Source of the DNA: Candidatus Woesearchaeota archaeon
Lineage (GTDB): Archaea; Nanobdellota; Nanobdellia; Woesearchaeales; DSVV01
DNA length: 49,268 bases
NCBI GenBank assembly: GCA_041671005.1
Contig: JBAZCJ010000001.1
Location: 1 to 49,268, forward strand
Reading direction: 5' to 3'
Within the stretch, counting starts at the first letter, position 1; each line of letters opens with the position of its first letter. Both the position numbers and the translations under genes were made by a program. Positions 1 to 9,286 of this stretch are shown here, in pieces. Under the pieces are notes generated by a model. The model was not told where the DNA came from. It made no database searches and worked only from the letters and a program-made list of their open reading frames with translations.

Positions 1-419
1 CTTTCTAGTTGTAACAATTTTGGCAATAATATTTTTTGTGTAAACTCTTGATATCGTAATGCTTCTGCTGTACAAATAATATCATTGCTTGTTACAGTAA
101 GATGAATAAATCGTTTTGTTTCTTCTGAAACATGCTTACCAAAACAATTAACTAATGCACGAACAAGGTGATGTATTCTATTTTCTTCTGTATATACATC
201 TGCTGCGGTAATTAATGGCGCTGCTTTTCTAACTTCTTCAACATGTTTTTGTGTACAAATGCCTTCTTCAGCAAAACCTTCTATTAATGCAACTTCAACT
301 CGTGCCATAAATTGAATAATTGCTTCCTCAGAAAGATATGGTTGAAGCTCTTTCATTAACATAGGATTAGTACCATAATACCTATAATCCAATGGACTGA
401 TTGCATCAAAAAAGCTCAT
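1..419 (-). CDS. purB: adenylosuccinate lyase, N-terminal part (gene runs off the left edge)
   Basis: Own minus-strand translation from ATG at 419..417: MSFFDAISPLDYRYYGTNPMLMKEL...RIHHLVRALVNCFG...IHLTVTSNDIICTAEAL. It matches the N-terminal P-x-DYRY motif and the H-x-G-x-TSND signature of archaeal PurB / fumarate-lyase family. Absent from the ORF track because it is truncated. Confidence 0.75.
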   Translation of the reverse strand, partial: MSFFDAISPLDYRYYGTNPMLMKELQPYLSEEAIIQFMARVEVALIEGFAEEGICTQKHVEEVRKAAPLITAADVYTEENRIHHLVRALVNCFGKHVSEETKRFIHLTVTSNDIICTAEALRYQEFTQKILLPKLLQLE

Positions 420-582
420 AAAAAATGGCAATAGATACAGAATTAAAAAGGTATTGTTTATTGAATGAATTTAAATTATTATATTAATTATTACACTAAT
501 CATTACACTGATTATTATATTGATTTTAGTTATTACGTTAGGTTAAATTTTATATTAATTTTGATTATTATTCTAATTTAAA

Positions 583-1218
583 TTACTGTACATATTCAAG
601 TTGAGGATTATTCCGTGGCATTAACAAACGACTACAATAAAACTCGCAATCATCTTCAAGTCTATGTTTCAATATTGATAACATTAAATTTGTTTGTTGT
701 ATATCTCCAACTCGTAATCCTGTTAAATTTCCTTCAAAGGGTTGAGTATAAAATGGATTAATTGTTCCTGAAGGATTAAGAGGAGAAGAAGAATTAAAGA
801 AATTATTTTTTATTCTTTCTAATGCTTGTTTTAATTGCATTAAAGTAAAATCTAAACATCCTGTTAATCTGCAAGCATCCCCTTCTTTTACTATAGTATC
901 ATCATCTATCGCAAGGGAAGATGAATCATAGGTTACCTCTAAAGGATTTTTAAATTGACGTAAGGAAATGTTGTTTTCATATACTAATCCTGTACTAGGA
1001 ATATCTCCCCGTACGCGAATATGAAATGTATCCTTATCTTGATAATCAGCCCCTAAATGTAAGATGTCTTCAGCATCCATATCCAATGTTTCATCTTCAA
1101 TCATAATGTCAATAGCACCAACAATATTTTGTTCTAAAGAAGATTTATATGGCATATGGACTATTGTATACTGAGAATTATCTTCATGTCTAAATCCTAA
1201 TGTAAAATTTAATGTCAT
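583..1218 (-). CDS. hypothetical protein (211 aa), no recognisable motif
   Basis: Long ORF with no competing frame. Same strand as the next orphan gene. Confidence 0.5.
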   Translation of the reverse strand: MTLNFTLGFRHEDNSQYTIVHMPYKSSLEQNIVGAIDIMIEDETLDMDAEDILHLGADYQDKDTFHIRVRGDIPSTGLVYENNISLRQFKNPLEVTYDSSSLAIDDDTIVKEGDACRLTGCLDFTLMQLKQALERIKNNFFNSSSPLNPSGTINPFYTQPFEGNLTGLRVGDIQQTNLMLSILKHRLEDDCEFYCSRLLMPRNNPQLEYVQ

Positions 1219-1314
1219 CTTTGTTTTCTCTGTTTTTTGTTTTTTCTGTTATTAGTTTAACATTATTTTTATTATATATGTAATATAAGTAAATACTTGG
1301 GCTTAAAGGAAACG

Positions 1315-1767
1315 TTATGGTTGGTCTAAAGTGTTTAACAAATAATTTATTCCTTTATCTTCTTTAAGGGTTACCGTAACATTATCTATTGTTCTTTTAT
1401 CACAATAGCTAAATAATCCATGGGCAGGACAATGAACAATAGTTGCTGGTCCTGATACTGTTACTTTATCATTAGGATTATCATATTCAACATCTACTCG
1501 ATCAAATGTAACATTAACTGTAGGAAGAGTAATAGCTAATGCATACTGCCAATTGTAATCAATTGTGTCAACAGAATATGTAGATGGATCATTTGGTAAA
1601 ACCTTAGATGTGTTATCTACATAATATGTAGGCTCAACAAACATATATATTCCTAAACCTACGGCTGATACTACTAATAATTTACCCATCAAAGTAGAAC
1701 TTATATTTCTAGAAGCTGCTCTTACTGCAAGAAGATCAACACCATGAGTTGATTGTGAGACTGCCAT
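1315..1767 (-). CDS. hypothetical membrane-anchored protein (single N-terminal TM, LLVVSAVGLGIYMF)
   Basis: ORF with one hydrophobic helix near the N-terminus followed by a beta-rich polar domain. Confidence 0.5.
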   Translation of the reverse strand: MAVSQSTHGVDLLAVRAASRNISSTLMGKLLVVSAVGLGIYMFVEPTYYVDNTSKVLPNDPSTYSVDTIDYNWQYALAITLPTVNVTFDRVDVEYDNPNDKVTVSGPATIVHCPAHGLFSYCDKRTIDNVTVTLKEDKGINYLLNTLDQP

Positions 1768-1840
1768 TTAGATTGAGAATATGCGCCGATTTATAAAGGT
1801 TATTGTGGTACTTACTATTAAGTGGTGAATTTGGATAAAA

Positions 1841-1848
1841 TTTATAAA
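1841..1848 (+). promoter_or_regulatory. TATA-like box (tttataaa) about 26 nt upstream of in-frame ATG 1871
   Basis: Same spacing seen before many first genes in this window. Implies a leaderless start at 1871 rather than 1850. Confidence 0.45.
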
Positions 1849-1870
1849 TATGTATGTTTTTTATGTAGGT

Positions 1871-3547
1871 ATGGTCACTAATTTTGAAGCTGGAACATTC
1901 GTTAAAGAGATGTATGAAGCAATAGGGTTTATAGAAGAAAGTAGAGTTCCTTTTGATCCAGATACTATTCAAGAGCGAGGATTTTCTTATTTACAAGAAA
2001 AATGCAGAGTAACAGGACCACAATTTCTCGCAGAAGTACTATTTCCATGCCCCCCAACAGCTGAAGAAGTTCAAAAACTTACTTTGCTTCTCAGATCTCC
2101 TGGAGAGTATCATAAACAATTTCCTCGAATGAGACATAAAGAAACTCCAAGGTTATGGGATATTGGAGATTTAATAGATGACTGTTTGAACCATAAAAGA
2201 CCATTAGATTTACGCAGCGAAGACACTAAACCTGAGGATTATAATTATCCTGAGCAAGTATACCATTTAACTGATGTTCGACTTGGAGATTTAGTAAATT
2301 GGGGTAGTTATCTCATTAAAATAAATCATAATAGATATGAGAGTGCATTATTATTTCATTGGAGAGGAATATTTACACAGCACCTTATTGAAAGTGACCT
2401 TCAAACACTTGCAGATGCTATAAAAATAAAAGGAAGCAGAAAAGATTGGAAAAATCTTAGAGAGTTGTATTCAATTTTAATCCCCTATAATCCTACTATT
2501 CCGTTTAATTATGCACCTCATATAACAAGCGTTATTGACGGACCATCACATCAGTCTAATTGGATACCCCCTGAAGATGACAACGACATAAAGAGTGTAT
2601 GGAAAAAATATGCACCAACCACAGATATTCTCGACAAAATTGTTGAGTTAGACAGAATATTTGCAGAACCACAAACAAAATATGATTCTCTTGCAGATAT
2701 TCTTAATGCATTAAATGTTCCTGAAGAAGTAAGAGGAAATAAAGTAATATGGGAAAATATCAGAACCATTGATGTAAATCATCGAATTAGTACACATAAA
2801 TCATATAAAGTAACAACTCGAAATGGAGAAAGATTATTCCTTAAAATTCATGACAATCCGATGAAAGCAGAGATAGAAGCTGCTGCAAATTATTATTTAT
2901 CTGGCTCTATGAGTTTTATAGTTCCTGGATTGCATCCTAAACCATTAGAAGCAAATGGATTATATGTTACTGTACAACAAGATGTTTCTCAAAGATTACA
3001 AATTGAAAAACCTGTTGAATTTTGGATTGAAGCTATAGCAATATTTCATAGAGAAGCTGAACACATTCTTACTAAATATGGTGTAAACATTCCTTCATGC
3101 ACATTAAGACAACCAGAATATTTTAGAGAAATGGTTGATAAAACTGCAGGAAGGCATCCATTAGATTATTCTGCTCGTTTAGAAGAGTCATGTGCATATC
3201 TTGCACAATTGCCACGAGGAGTTAGTATTGGTGACAGAACAGCAAGTAATTGTGAAGGAAATTTTTTATTAGATTTAGAGGGAGTTAATATGGGCCCACA
3301 AATTCTTGATTTACCATTAGTATTGATAAAAAAAAAAGTACCACCAGAAGCATGGGATCATTATATGAATCAATATCTCACTACAAGAGGAACAGATTCT
3401 TTTGACAATGATATGCGCACGTTAAGAGAAGCCATGCCTTATGCTGCAGCCTATGCTATAACTAAAGAAGTATTAGGGATATCAACTCGTAGAATAACTC
3501 CTCGGATTAAAAGACAAAGAGGTACACTTCTCAGCTATTTATGCTGA
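1871..3547 (+). CDS. large protein with C-terminal protein-kinase-like / aminoglycoside-phosphotransferase-like domain and an unknown N-terminal region of about 330 aa
   Basis: YKVTTRNGERLFLKIHD resembles the APH/kinase N-lobe. GDRTASNCEGNFLLDLEGV fits the catalytic-loop D-x-x-x-x-N followed by a D-[LF]-[EG] metal-binding motif. The track ORF starts at 1850; 1871 is preferred from TATA spacing. Confidence 0.45.
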   Translation: MVTNFEAGTFVKEMYEAIGFIEESRVPFDPDTIQERGFSYLQEKCRVTGPQFLAEVLFPCPPTAEEVQKLTLLLRSPGEYHKQFPRMRHKETPRLWDIGDLIDDCLNHKRPLDLRSEDTKPEDYNYPEQVYHLTDVRLGDLVNWGSYLIKINHNRYESALLFHWRGIFTQHLIESDLQTLADAIKIKGSRKDWKNLRELYSILIPYNPTIPFNYAPHITSVIDGPSHQSNWIPPEDDNDIKSVWKKYAPTTDILDKIVELDRIFAEPQTKYDSLADILNALNVPEEVRGNKVIWENIRTIDVNHRISTHKSYKVTTRNGERLFLKIHDNPMKAEIEAAANYYLSGSMSFIVPGLHPKPLEANGLYVTVQQDVSQRLQIEKPVEFWIEAIAIFHREAEHILTKYGVNIPSCTLRQPEYFREMVDKTAGRHPLDYSARLEESCAYLAQLPRGVSIGDRTASNCEGNFLLDLEGVNMGPQILDLPLVLIKKKVPPEAWDHYMNQYLTTRGTDSFDNDMRTLREAMPYAAAYAITKEVLGISTRRITPRIKRQRGTLLSYLC

Positions 3548-4433
3548 TTAACCGAGAGGAAATATGTTTATACAAATTAAGAAGATAATAATGATGCATA
3601 AGAACAACAACGTTTTCTTTTGAAATCTGCGCAAGACACTTGGATTCATACTGTTTTAATTCTACGCGCATAGCATATGTTTTTTTTAGATCTTTTTTTA
3701 GAAATGCTTCATACAATTCCTGAATGAAATGAATTTGATTTTCAACACACATTGTTTTTTTAATTTTTTTCTTAACTATATCTTCTGCAAGTAAATAATA
3801 TTGGGCAGTAATTTTTTCAAGAACAGTAACGAGATCATAATAATCATAAGATTTATCTCCCCCATGATTATTTAAATGAATCATACGAAGACAATGATCA
3901 CGAAGCTTCATGTTATTTATTTTTACAAGAGTTTGTATATTCTCAAGATCGGTATTTTGCCAATTCGTAACAAGTGTTTCTGCAACAAGCTTTGTTATTT
4001 GAAACATTTTAATGATTAATTGCTCTGTTTCATCAGTTTCTTTTGATAAAAATGATTTAATAATACATTGTTCTGCTGTTTGAGAAACAATTTCTAACCC
4101 AGTAAATGAACTGACTATTGTGTTAAGTTGGTCTAAAGAAGGTTGAACTGTGTATAACAAAGCGATTTCATCATATCCTGCTTTGTATGCAGATGCAATT
4201 GCTGTTCGAAGGTTAGGAAGATTTTCTTTTGTTACTTGTATTTGTGTTGTCTTTAAAGAAGCAGTTCCTTTTCCTGAGAGTACAAGAGTATTGTCTTTTG
4301 AGATTAGTTCTATATCATCTCCTTGTTTTAAAGAATGCTGTTTCACCCATTGTGCAGGCAATGAAACCATTAATGTAATGTCACCATGTTTGACTAATTT
4401 TCTCTTCATAGATGTTAAGATAACAGAAGTCAT
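3531..4433 (-). CDS. AbrB/SpoVT-domain plus PhoU-domain transcriptional regulator (archaeal PhoU-like)
   Basis: N-terminus KLVKHGDITLMVSLPAQWVKQHSLKQGDDIELISKDNTLVL is a SpoVT/AbrB swapped-hairpin motif. The helical remainder has PhoU-like repeats (MFQITKLVAE..., RDHCLRMIHL...). Confidence 0.7.
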   Translation of the reverse strand: MTSVILTSMKRKLVKHGDITLMVSLPAQWVKQHSLKQGDDIELISKDNTLVLSGKGTASLKTTQIQVTKENLPNLRTAIASAYKAGYDEIALLYTVQPSLDQLNTIVSSFTGLEIVSQTAEQCIIKSFLSKETDETEQLIIKMFQITKLVAETLVTNWQNTDLENIQTLVKINNMKLRDHCLRMIHLNNHGGDKSYDYYDLVTVLEKITAQYYLLAEDIVKKKIKKTMCVENQIHFIQELYEAFLKKDLKKTYAMRVELKQYESKCLAQISKENVVVLMHHYYLLNLYKHISSRLISINS

Positions 4434-4451
4434 ATTTAAAGTTTTCTAAAA

Positions 4452-4489
4452 ATGTAAACAATGTAAACATTGTAAACAAAATGTAAATA
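4452..4489. promoter_or_regulatory. array of four 9-bp direct repeats (ATGTAAACA x2, TTGTAAACA, ATGTAAATA) in a divergent promoter region
   Basis: Read directly: aatgtaaacaatgtaaacattgtaaacaaaatgtaaata. It lies between the AbrB-PhoU regulator start (4433, minus) and the secretome operon start (4539, plus). Confidence 0.6.
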
Positions 4490-4538
4490 TACTAGTTAAT
4501 CAAACCTACTAAGTAGTAACAACATAAGGGGAAAACAA

Positions 4539-5222
4539 ATGAAAAACACAAATATGATTACAACATTAACTGGATTAGCAGCATTAACCTTGTCTACTCC
4601 TCTATATGCACAAAGTACAAGTGAAGAAGCATATTGGGCAGATGTTCCTATAGAAGCACATGAAGTACCTATAGGAAAATATGTTCTTACAGAAAAAGAA
4701 CAGACGATAGTTTGGCAAGAAGATGTTTATGCGTGGAGAGTTCAATCAAGAACATTAGATACCTTAGATTCAAACATAATTAACAGCGTTTACCAAGTAT
4801 TGAACGGTGTTGCTGCACAAATAATTATCGTTCCTGGAAAAGATTCAATAATAAACATGAGTTGTTCTCCAAGTACATATTTACGAGAACATCCAGAAGA
4901 TGCAGATCTGTTTGTTCATACTCGTGGACTTATGGGAATTCTTGAAACCTACACAAATATTGAAACTGATCCACGCGCTGAAAAAGTTATTCAAATTATT
5001 TATGATAGAAATCATAATGGAAAATTAAGTGAAAAGGAAAAGATCAAAGGTGAAAAAAAGTTTACACACTTCTTGAGGGATGCGGTTTTAGAACAGGTTC
5101 CTCTCGACGGAAATTATCATGCAGTATTTGTAGCAGATTCGTCTTTAAACGGATTTGAAAAACAATTTGATAGATATCATCCACAACACAAATCACGTAG
5201 AGAACAAAGAAAGTATGAATGA
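4539..5222 (+). CDS. secreted protein with one canonical EF-hand Ca-binding loop (paralogue A)
   Basis: Signal peptide MKNTNMITTLTGLAALTLSTPLYAQ. EF-hand loop DRNHNGKLSEKE (nt 5004..5039). Clear paralogy with the next gene (EEAYWADVP / SVYQVLNGVAAQ / KKFTHFL / NYHAVFV). GGGG SD-like upstream. Confidence 0.7.
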   Translation: MKNTNMITTLTGLAALTLSTPLYAQSTSEEAYWADVPIEAHEVPIGKYVLTEKEQTIVWQEDVYAWRVQSRTLDTLDSNIINSVYQVLNGVAAQIIIVPGKDSIINMSCSPSTYLREHPEDADLFVHTRGLMGILETYTNIETDPRAEKVIQIIYDRNHNGKLSEKEKIKGEKKFTHFLRDAVLEQVPLDGNYHAVFVADSSLNGFEKQFDRYHPQHKSRREQRKYE

Positions 5223-5271
5223 TTCGTTCATGATCCATACAAACACATTCATCGATTAGGAGGAAATTAAA

Positions 5272-6297
5272 ATGAAAAACGCAACTATTATTCCAACATT
5301 AACAGCATTAGTTTTAAGTGCAAGTGCACCAGCATATGCACAAGAACGTGATGAAGAATATTGGGCAAACTTACCAGTTATAACTCAAGAAGTACATATT
5401 GGAAAATATACACTCACCATAACTTCTAAAGAAGATAATATGTATACATTAAATATAGATACTCCTGAACGAAGAGTAAGAGCCAGCGTTTACCAAGCAT
5501 TAAACGGTGTAATAGCACAAGTAGATGCATTCCCTGGAAGAGATACTACATCAAAAATATGGTATGGTTCCAGCAGAGCATTAATAGAAGACCCAGAATA
5601 CGGGGCAATGTCATTAGAAAATGGAATGGTCTTAGAGTATACTATATTAGACTTAGCAACTAATTCTGATGCAGAACAATTTGTTGAATTTGTTTATGAT
5701 AAAAATCATGATGGACTACTTACTGAAAGAGAAATGAAAGAAGGGGGAGAAAAATTTAGCTACTTTTTATTTGACGCAGAAATTGAAGCTGCCCCACCTG
5801 ATGAAAAATACCACACGGTATTTGTTACAAGTCCTGGGTTAACAAGATTCAAAGAAAAATTTGGAGCATATCAGTATGACAAAAAAAAGTATGAACCAAC
5901 AGAGCATGAACGAAAATTAGGTGCAGTTATTGATTATATGATAGCTCATCCTGATGAACGGGGCATTTTTTCCTTAACACTAGGAGAAGGAATTTTCCAC
6001 ACTGATTTGTACCTGTCTTCTGCACCTGTAGATGCAGGAAGTATTTTTACGATTCGATTGAATGATGGAGATGAATATGTAGATTCTGGAAATAATATGT
6101 ATTCTTCCATTGAACAACGATGTTATCTCGACGGACAATTAGATGAAGTTTCTTCAAGAGATTATGATAAATTTCGTATGCACGATAGTACTTGGCATAG
6201 TGGAGAAAGTTTCACTCGAACGATAACTGATGATATGCAATCAGAATACGAGCAAACGATTGACTTGGCATACAAAGAAGTTCAAAAATTAAAGTGA
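5272..6297 (+). CDS. secreted protein with one canonical EF-hand loop (paralogue B, with a C-terminal extension of about 140 aa)
   Basis: Signal peptide MKNATIIPTLTALVLSASAPAYAQ. EF-hand loop DKNHDGLLTERE (nt 5698..5733). GGAGG SD 8 nt upstream. Confidence 0.7.
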   Translation: MKNATIIPTLTALVLSASAPAYAQERDEEYWANLPVITQEVHIGKYTLTITSKEDNMYTLNIDTPERRVRASVYQALNGVIAQVDAFPGRDTTSKIWYGSSRALIEDPEYGAMSLENGMVLEYTILDLATNSDAEQFVEFVYDKNHDGLLTEREMKEGGEKFSYFLFDAEIEAAPPDEKYHTVFVTSPGLTRFKEKFGAYQYDKKKYEPTEHERKLGAVIDYMIAHPDERGIFSLTLGEGIFHTDLYLSSAPVDAGSIFTIRLNDGDEYVDSGNNMYSSIEQRCYLDGQLDEVSSRDYDKFRMHDSTWHSGESFTRTITDDMQSEYEQTIDLAYKEVQKLK

Positions 6298-6302
6298 AGA
6301 AA

Positions 6303-6938
6303 ATGAGCTTGAAAGATATAGTTGATTTATTATTAAGACAAAATCAACCACAACAAGACGTTCCACAAGCCCCAGGAATAATACCTCCGGAAAAATCAGC
6401 TATTTCAATTTTATCAAGAAATTGTATGGTATGGGATCCTGCAGGAAAACCAACATTAGAAGTTGATTTAAATTTATATTACGAACTTGTTGAATTTGGA
6501 TATCATTCATATGCTCATTTAGGACATGAAAAAGAATTAAGTAAACAAATTCCTAAAGAAAGAATTAAACCAGGTAATGAAAGATATACTCTATTCTTCG
6601 CATATAATCAACTTTGTAATGAGTTACCTCACGTAGGAGATATAATCCCTGTTGAATCATATATTCATGCAAAGAGTTCTTCAACACCATTAGAATTATC
6701 TTCCTCTGAAGAAGGATTATGCAGGCAATTAGGATTAAAGGCAATACCAGAAAGCTTTGAACAAATAACAGGATTGTATAAAGTAGTATTAGTGAAACCT
6801 ATAGCCTTAGTAGTAGTTGATTTATATGAAGATGGGAATAGAACTTCGACTATGATTCCTTCTCGAACATTAATTCCGCATGTATACATCAGACCAGTTG
6901 TACTTGATCATAAAAATTCTCCTATATGGAAATTTTAA
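6303..6938 (+). CDS. hypothetical protein, no signal peptide (alternative GTG start 6294 overlaps the upstream stop)
   Basis: ORF packed tightly inside the operon. No recognisable motif. Confidence 0.5.
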   Translation: MSLKDIVDLLLRQNQPQQDVPQAPGIIPPEKSAISILSRNCMVWDPAGKPTLEVDLNLYYELVEFGYHSYAHLGHEKELSKQIPKERIKPGNERYTLFFAYNQLCNELPHVGDIIPVESYIHAKSSSTPLELSSSEEGLCRQLGLKAIPESFEQITGLYKVVLVKPIALVVVDLYEDGNRTSTMIPSRTLIPHVYIRPVVLDHKNSPIWKF

Positions 6939-6948
6939 AGGTGAAAAA

Positions 6949-7854
6949 ATGAAAACAACAACAGCAGTAGGATTAGTCGGATTAACACTTGCTTTAACAG
7001 CAACATCAACAGCTGAAGCAAAAAAACATTGTACAATTCAAAAAGCATTTCCACATTCTGAAACATATGGTGTTGGAACTATTCCTATGTGTGTTTGGGG
7101 ATTACCGAAACGTACAGAAGAACCTGCATATGTTGCATTTGGGAATTCTTGGACATTAAGAAGAATTAATGAATTTTATACTTTAGGACTTTTAGATGCT
7201 ACTACATATGATGTTACAATATATAACACTAGAGAAGAAGCTGAAGAAAGTAATCCTGCATTTATTGCAAAAATAGATACAGATAAACAAAGTCATACCA
7301 GAGGACAATTAGAAATTCTTACAGAGCGTTGTGGAATTCCAGACCTGGATGTACCATTGTATACTTTTCCAACATCTATATTATTATTTACAGATATGAT
7401 GTATATACAAGAAACAATTTCTATAGAGAAAGCTAGGCCATTGTGTGGTTCTCCTGATTCTTTCCCAATAAATGCTCTTGTGAAAGGATATGTTTGGAAT
7501 CCAAAATTATTATCTCATGATCGGGATGGATTGGTTTATGTAAAATTTGATGATTTTCCAAATATGGCACAAATAAATGAATTAATTCACCCATATGGTG
7601 CTCTGGAAATTAGAGTTGATTCATCAGATGGAAAATTTGAATTTCATCCGACATTTGCAGACGCACAACTTGATGTTCGTCCTGAAGAATCAACAGTTAT
7701 TGTTGAATTTGACATACAAAACAAAGAACAAACTGGGAAAGTAACAGGAGCATGGATAAAACCATTCCTTAAAACAGAGTTTGAACCTTTAGAATTAAAT
7801 CCACACTTTTGTGGAGAATTGTACAGCCCATTATTAATGGAATATTATCACTAA
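6949..7854 (+). CDS. secreted hypothetical protein
   Basis: Signal peptide MKTTTAVGLVGLTLALTATSTAEA. GGTGA SD upstream. The track ORF (6880) has an implausible N-terminal extension. Confidence 0.6.
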   Translation: MKTTTAVGLVGLTLALTATSTAEAKKHCTIQKAFPHSETYGVGTIPMCVWGLPKRTEEPAYVAFGNSWTLRRINEFYTLGLLDATTYDVTIYNTREEAEESNPAFIAKIDTDKQSHTRGQLEILTERCGIPDLDVPLYTFPTSILLFTDMMYIQETISIEKARPLCGSPDSFPINALVKGYVWNPKLLSHDRDGLVYVKFDDFPNMAQINELIHPYGALEIRVDSSDGKFEFHPTFADAQLDVRPEESTVIVEFDIQNKEQTGKVTGAWIKPFLKTEFEPLELNPHFCGELYSPLLMEYYH

Positions 7855-7870
7855 ACCTAGATGTGAAACA

Positions 7871-8578
7871 ATGAAACCAACAACAATAACAGGATTAACA
7901 TTTTTAGTATTAAGCACAGCAGCATTTGCACAAAAACCTATAACAACTTCTGTAAGTACAACAACAGATGCACCATTGTCAATTGAAGAACAGCATCAAA
8001 TTGCTGCACAGTATTTGAAAGAACATGGAACAAAAGTAAATTATAATAATGGATTAAAAGAAAGAAAACCGTTATGGAGTTATTCATCATCTTCTCCTTC
8101 ATTTTGGTCAGTAGCTGAAGAATTAACAACATATCGACAAGTATCTGGACAGAATGCAGAGCAAGTTCCTGTAACTAGCATTTCAATCACATATGTTGAT
8201 ATGAATGAGCAGTGCAGAGGAGTAGCAATAGGAATCGGTCCTGAATGTTTCAGCAACGGAAGATTAGACAAATATGATTATGTTGAAGTTTGTCTTGATA
8301 ACCCTTCTCAAACTACATTTCGATCATGCATTGTAAATTTTGGGTTAAATGAATTTGGAGATTTAGTAAATAGAGGAGCTGGCTATGACGATAGAATTGA
8401 ACAAACAACAGTGTCACCAAACCTTAAATGGCATGGAGGAATAGGCAACCCATCTACAGATTTTACAAGAAATTTCTCAAGAGGACAAGAACTTGAAAGA
8501 GGATCTTTAACATTTACTTTGACAAAAGAATTTTATGATAAATCAATTGCAGGATTTATTGATACTTTTTATCCTTAA
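7871..8578 (+). CDS. secreted hypothetical protein
   Basis: Signal peptide MKPTTITGLTFLVLSTAAFAQ, the same MK-x-TT..GLT..L type as the neighbours. Confidence 0.6.
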   Translation: MKPTTITGLTFLVLSTAAFAQKPITTSVSTTTDAPLSIEEQHQIAAQYLKEHGTKVNYNNGLKERKPLWSYSSSSPSFWSVAEELTTYRQVSGQNAEQVPVTSISITYVDMNEQCRGVAIGIGPECFSNGRLDKYDYVEVCLDNPSQTTFRSCIVNFGLNEFGDLVNRGAGYDDRIEQTTVSPNLKWHGGIGNPSTDFTRNFSRGQELERGSLTFTLTKEFYDKSIAGFIDTFYP

Positions 8579-8599
8579 ATTCATGAGGTGTAAAATCTT

Positions 8600-9286
8600 A
8601 TGAAAAAAAGATTACACAAACCTCAAGTAACTGTTGATTTTTTTATAGCAGATCTCCATAATGATTTTATGAGTGCTTCTTTTAAAAGTTCTAATCATGG
8701 AGTATGGAAAGATATTGCTCAAAGAGTACATGCAATTTATTCTTCTTATGTAGATCTTCAATTTACTTACAGTAGAACTCCATCTTCGACTACTGCTTTA
8801 CCTAATGGTCATTTTTCAGTGGAATATAATAAATCCACAGATGCATTAGATTACGATACTATTAATCATCTTCTTGATGGTCTTTCAGATGTTCCAAAAG
8901 AGGCTAATTTAAGTACTGTCTTAACAGAAGAAATAGCAAAAGGGAACACAGAAGCTCAAGCAAAAAAAACAATTGTGTTAAGATTCTGTGAACATGTTAA
9001 TACAAAAGGGTTGTCATATCCTTCTGGACACAAATCATGGATATTTTCAACTACTCCTACAATTGATTCTCGACTAGAAGCATATTCTCATAAATTATTA
9101 GTTGAAGCATATGCTACTACAATCTCACATGAGTTAGGTCATTTGTTTGGTTTAGAGCATAATGACGCATATAACAATTTTATGAACGCTCAAGGAGTTG
9201 TTATCGATCCACCTAAATTTAAGTTTTCCCAATCTATAACCGCAGAGCAAGGAAGACAAATTCAACAATATCTCAAAACACAATAA
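8600..9286 (+). CDS. metzincin-type zinc metallopeptidase (HEXXHXXGXXH)
   Basis: HELGHLFGLEHN extended zinc-binding motif, followed by a candidate Met-turn (NNFMNA). GAGGTG SD upstream. No obvious signal peptide. Confidence 0.65.
   Translation: MKKRLHKPQVTVDFFIADLHNDFMSASFKSSNHGVWKDIAQRVHAIYSSYVDLQFTYSRTPSSTTALPNGHFSVEYNKSTDALDYDTINHLLDGLSDVPKEANLSTVLTEEIAKGNTEAQAKKTIVLRFCEHVNTKGLSYPSGHKSWIFSTTPTIDSRLEAYSHKLLVEAYATTISHELGHLFGLEHNDAYNNFMNAQGVVIDPPKFKFSQSITAEQGRQIQQYLKTQ

Noticed and set aside
420-582. Degenerate ATTA(C/T)AC(T)-type repeats downstream of purB as a repeat element or CRISPR-like array
   Set aside because: The units are irregular in length and sequence with no spacer structure. 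This is consistent with low-complexity AT-rich intergenic DNA between convergent gene ends.
6949-7854. A third EF-hand in the secreted protein at 6949 (SHDRDGLVYVKF)
   Set aside because: Position 12 is Phe rather than Glu/Asp, and position 1 is Ser, so it does not satisfy the canonical loop.
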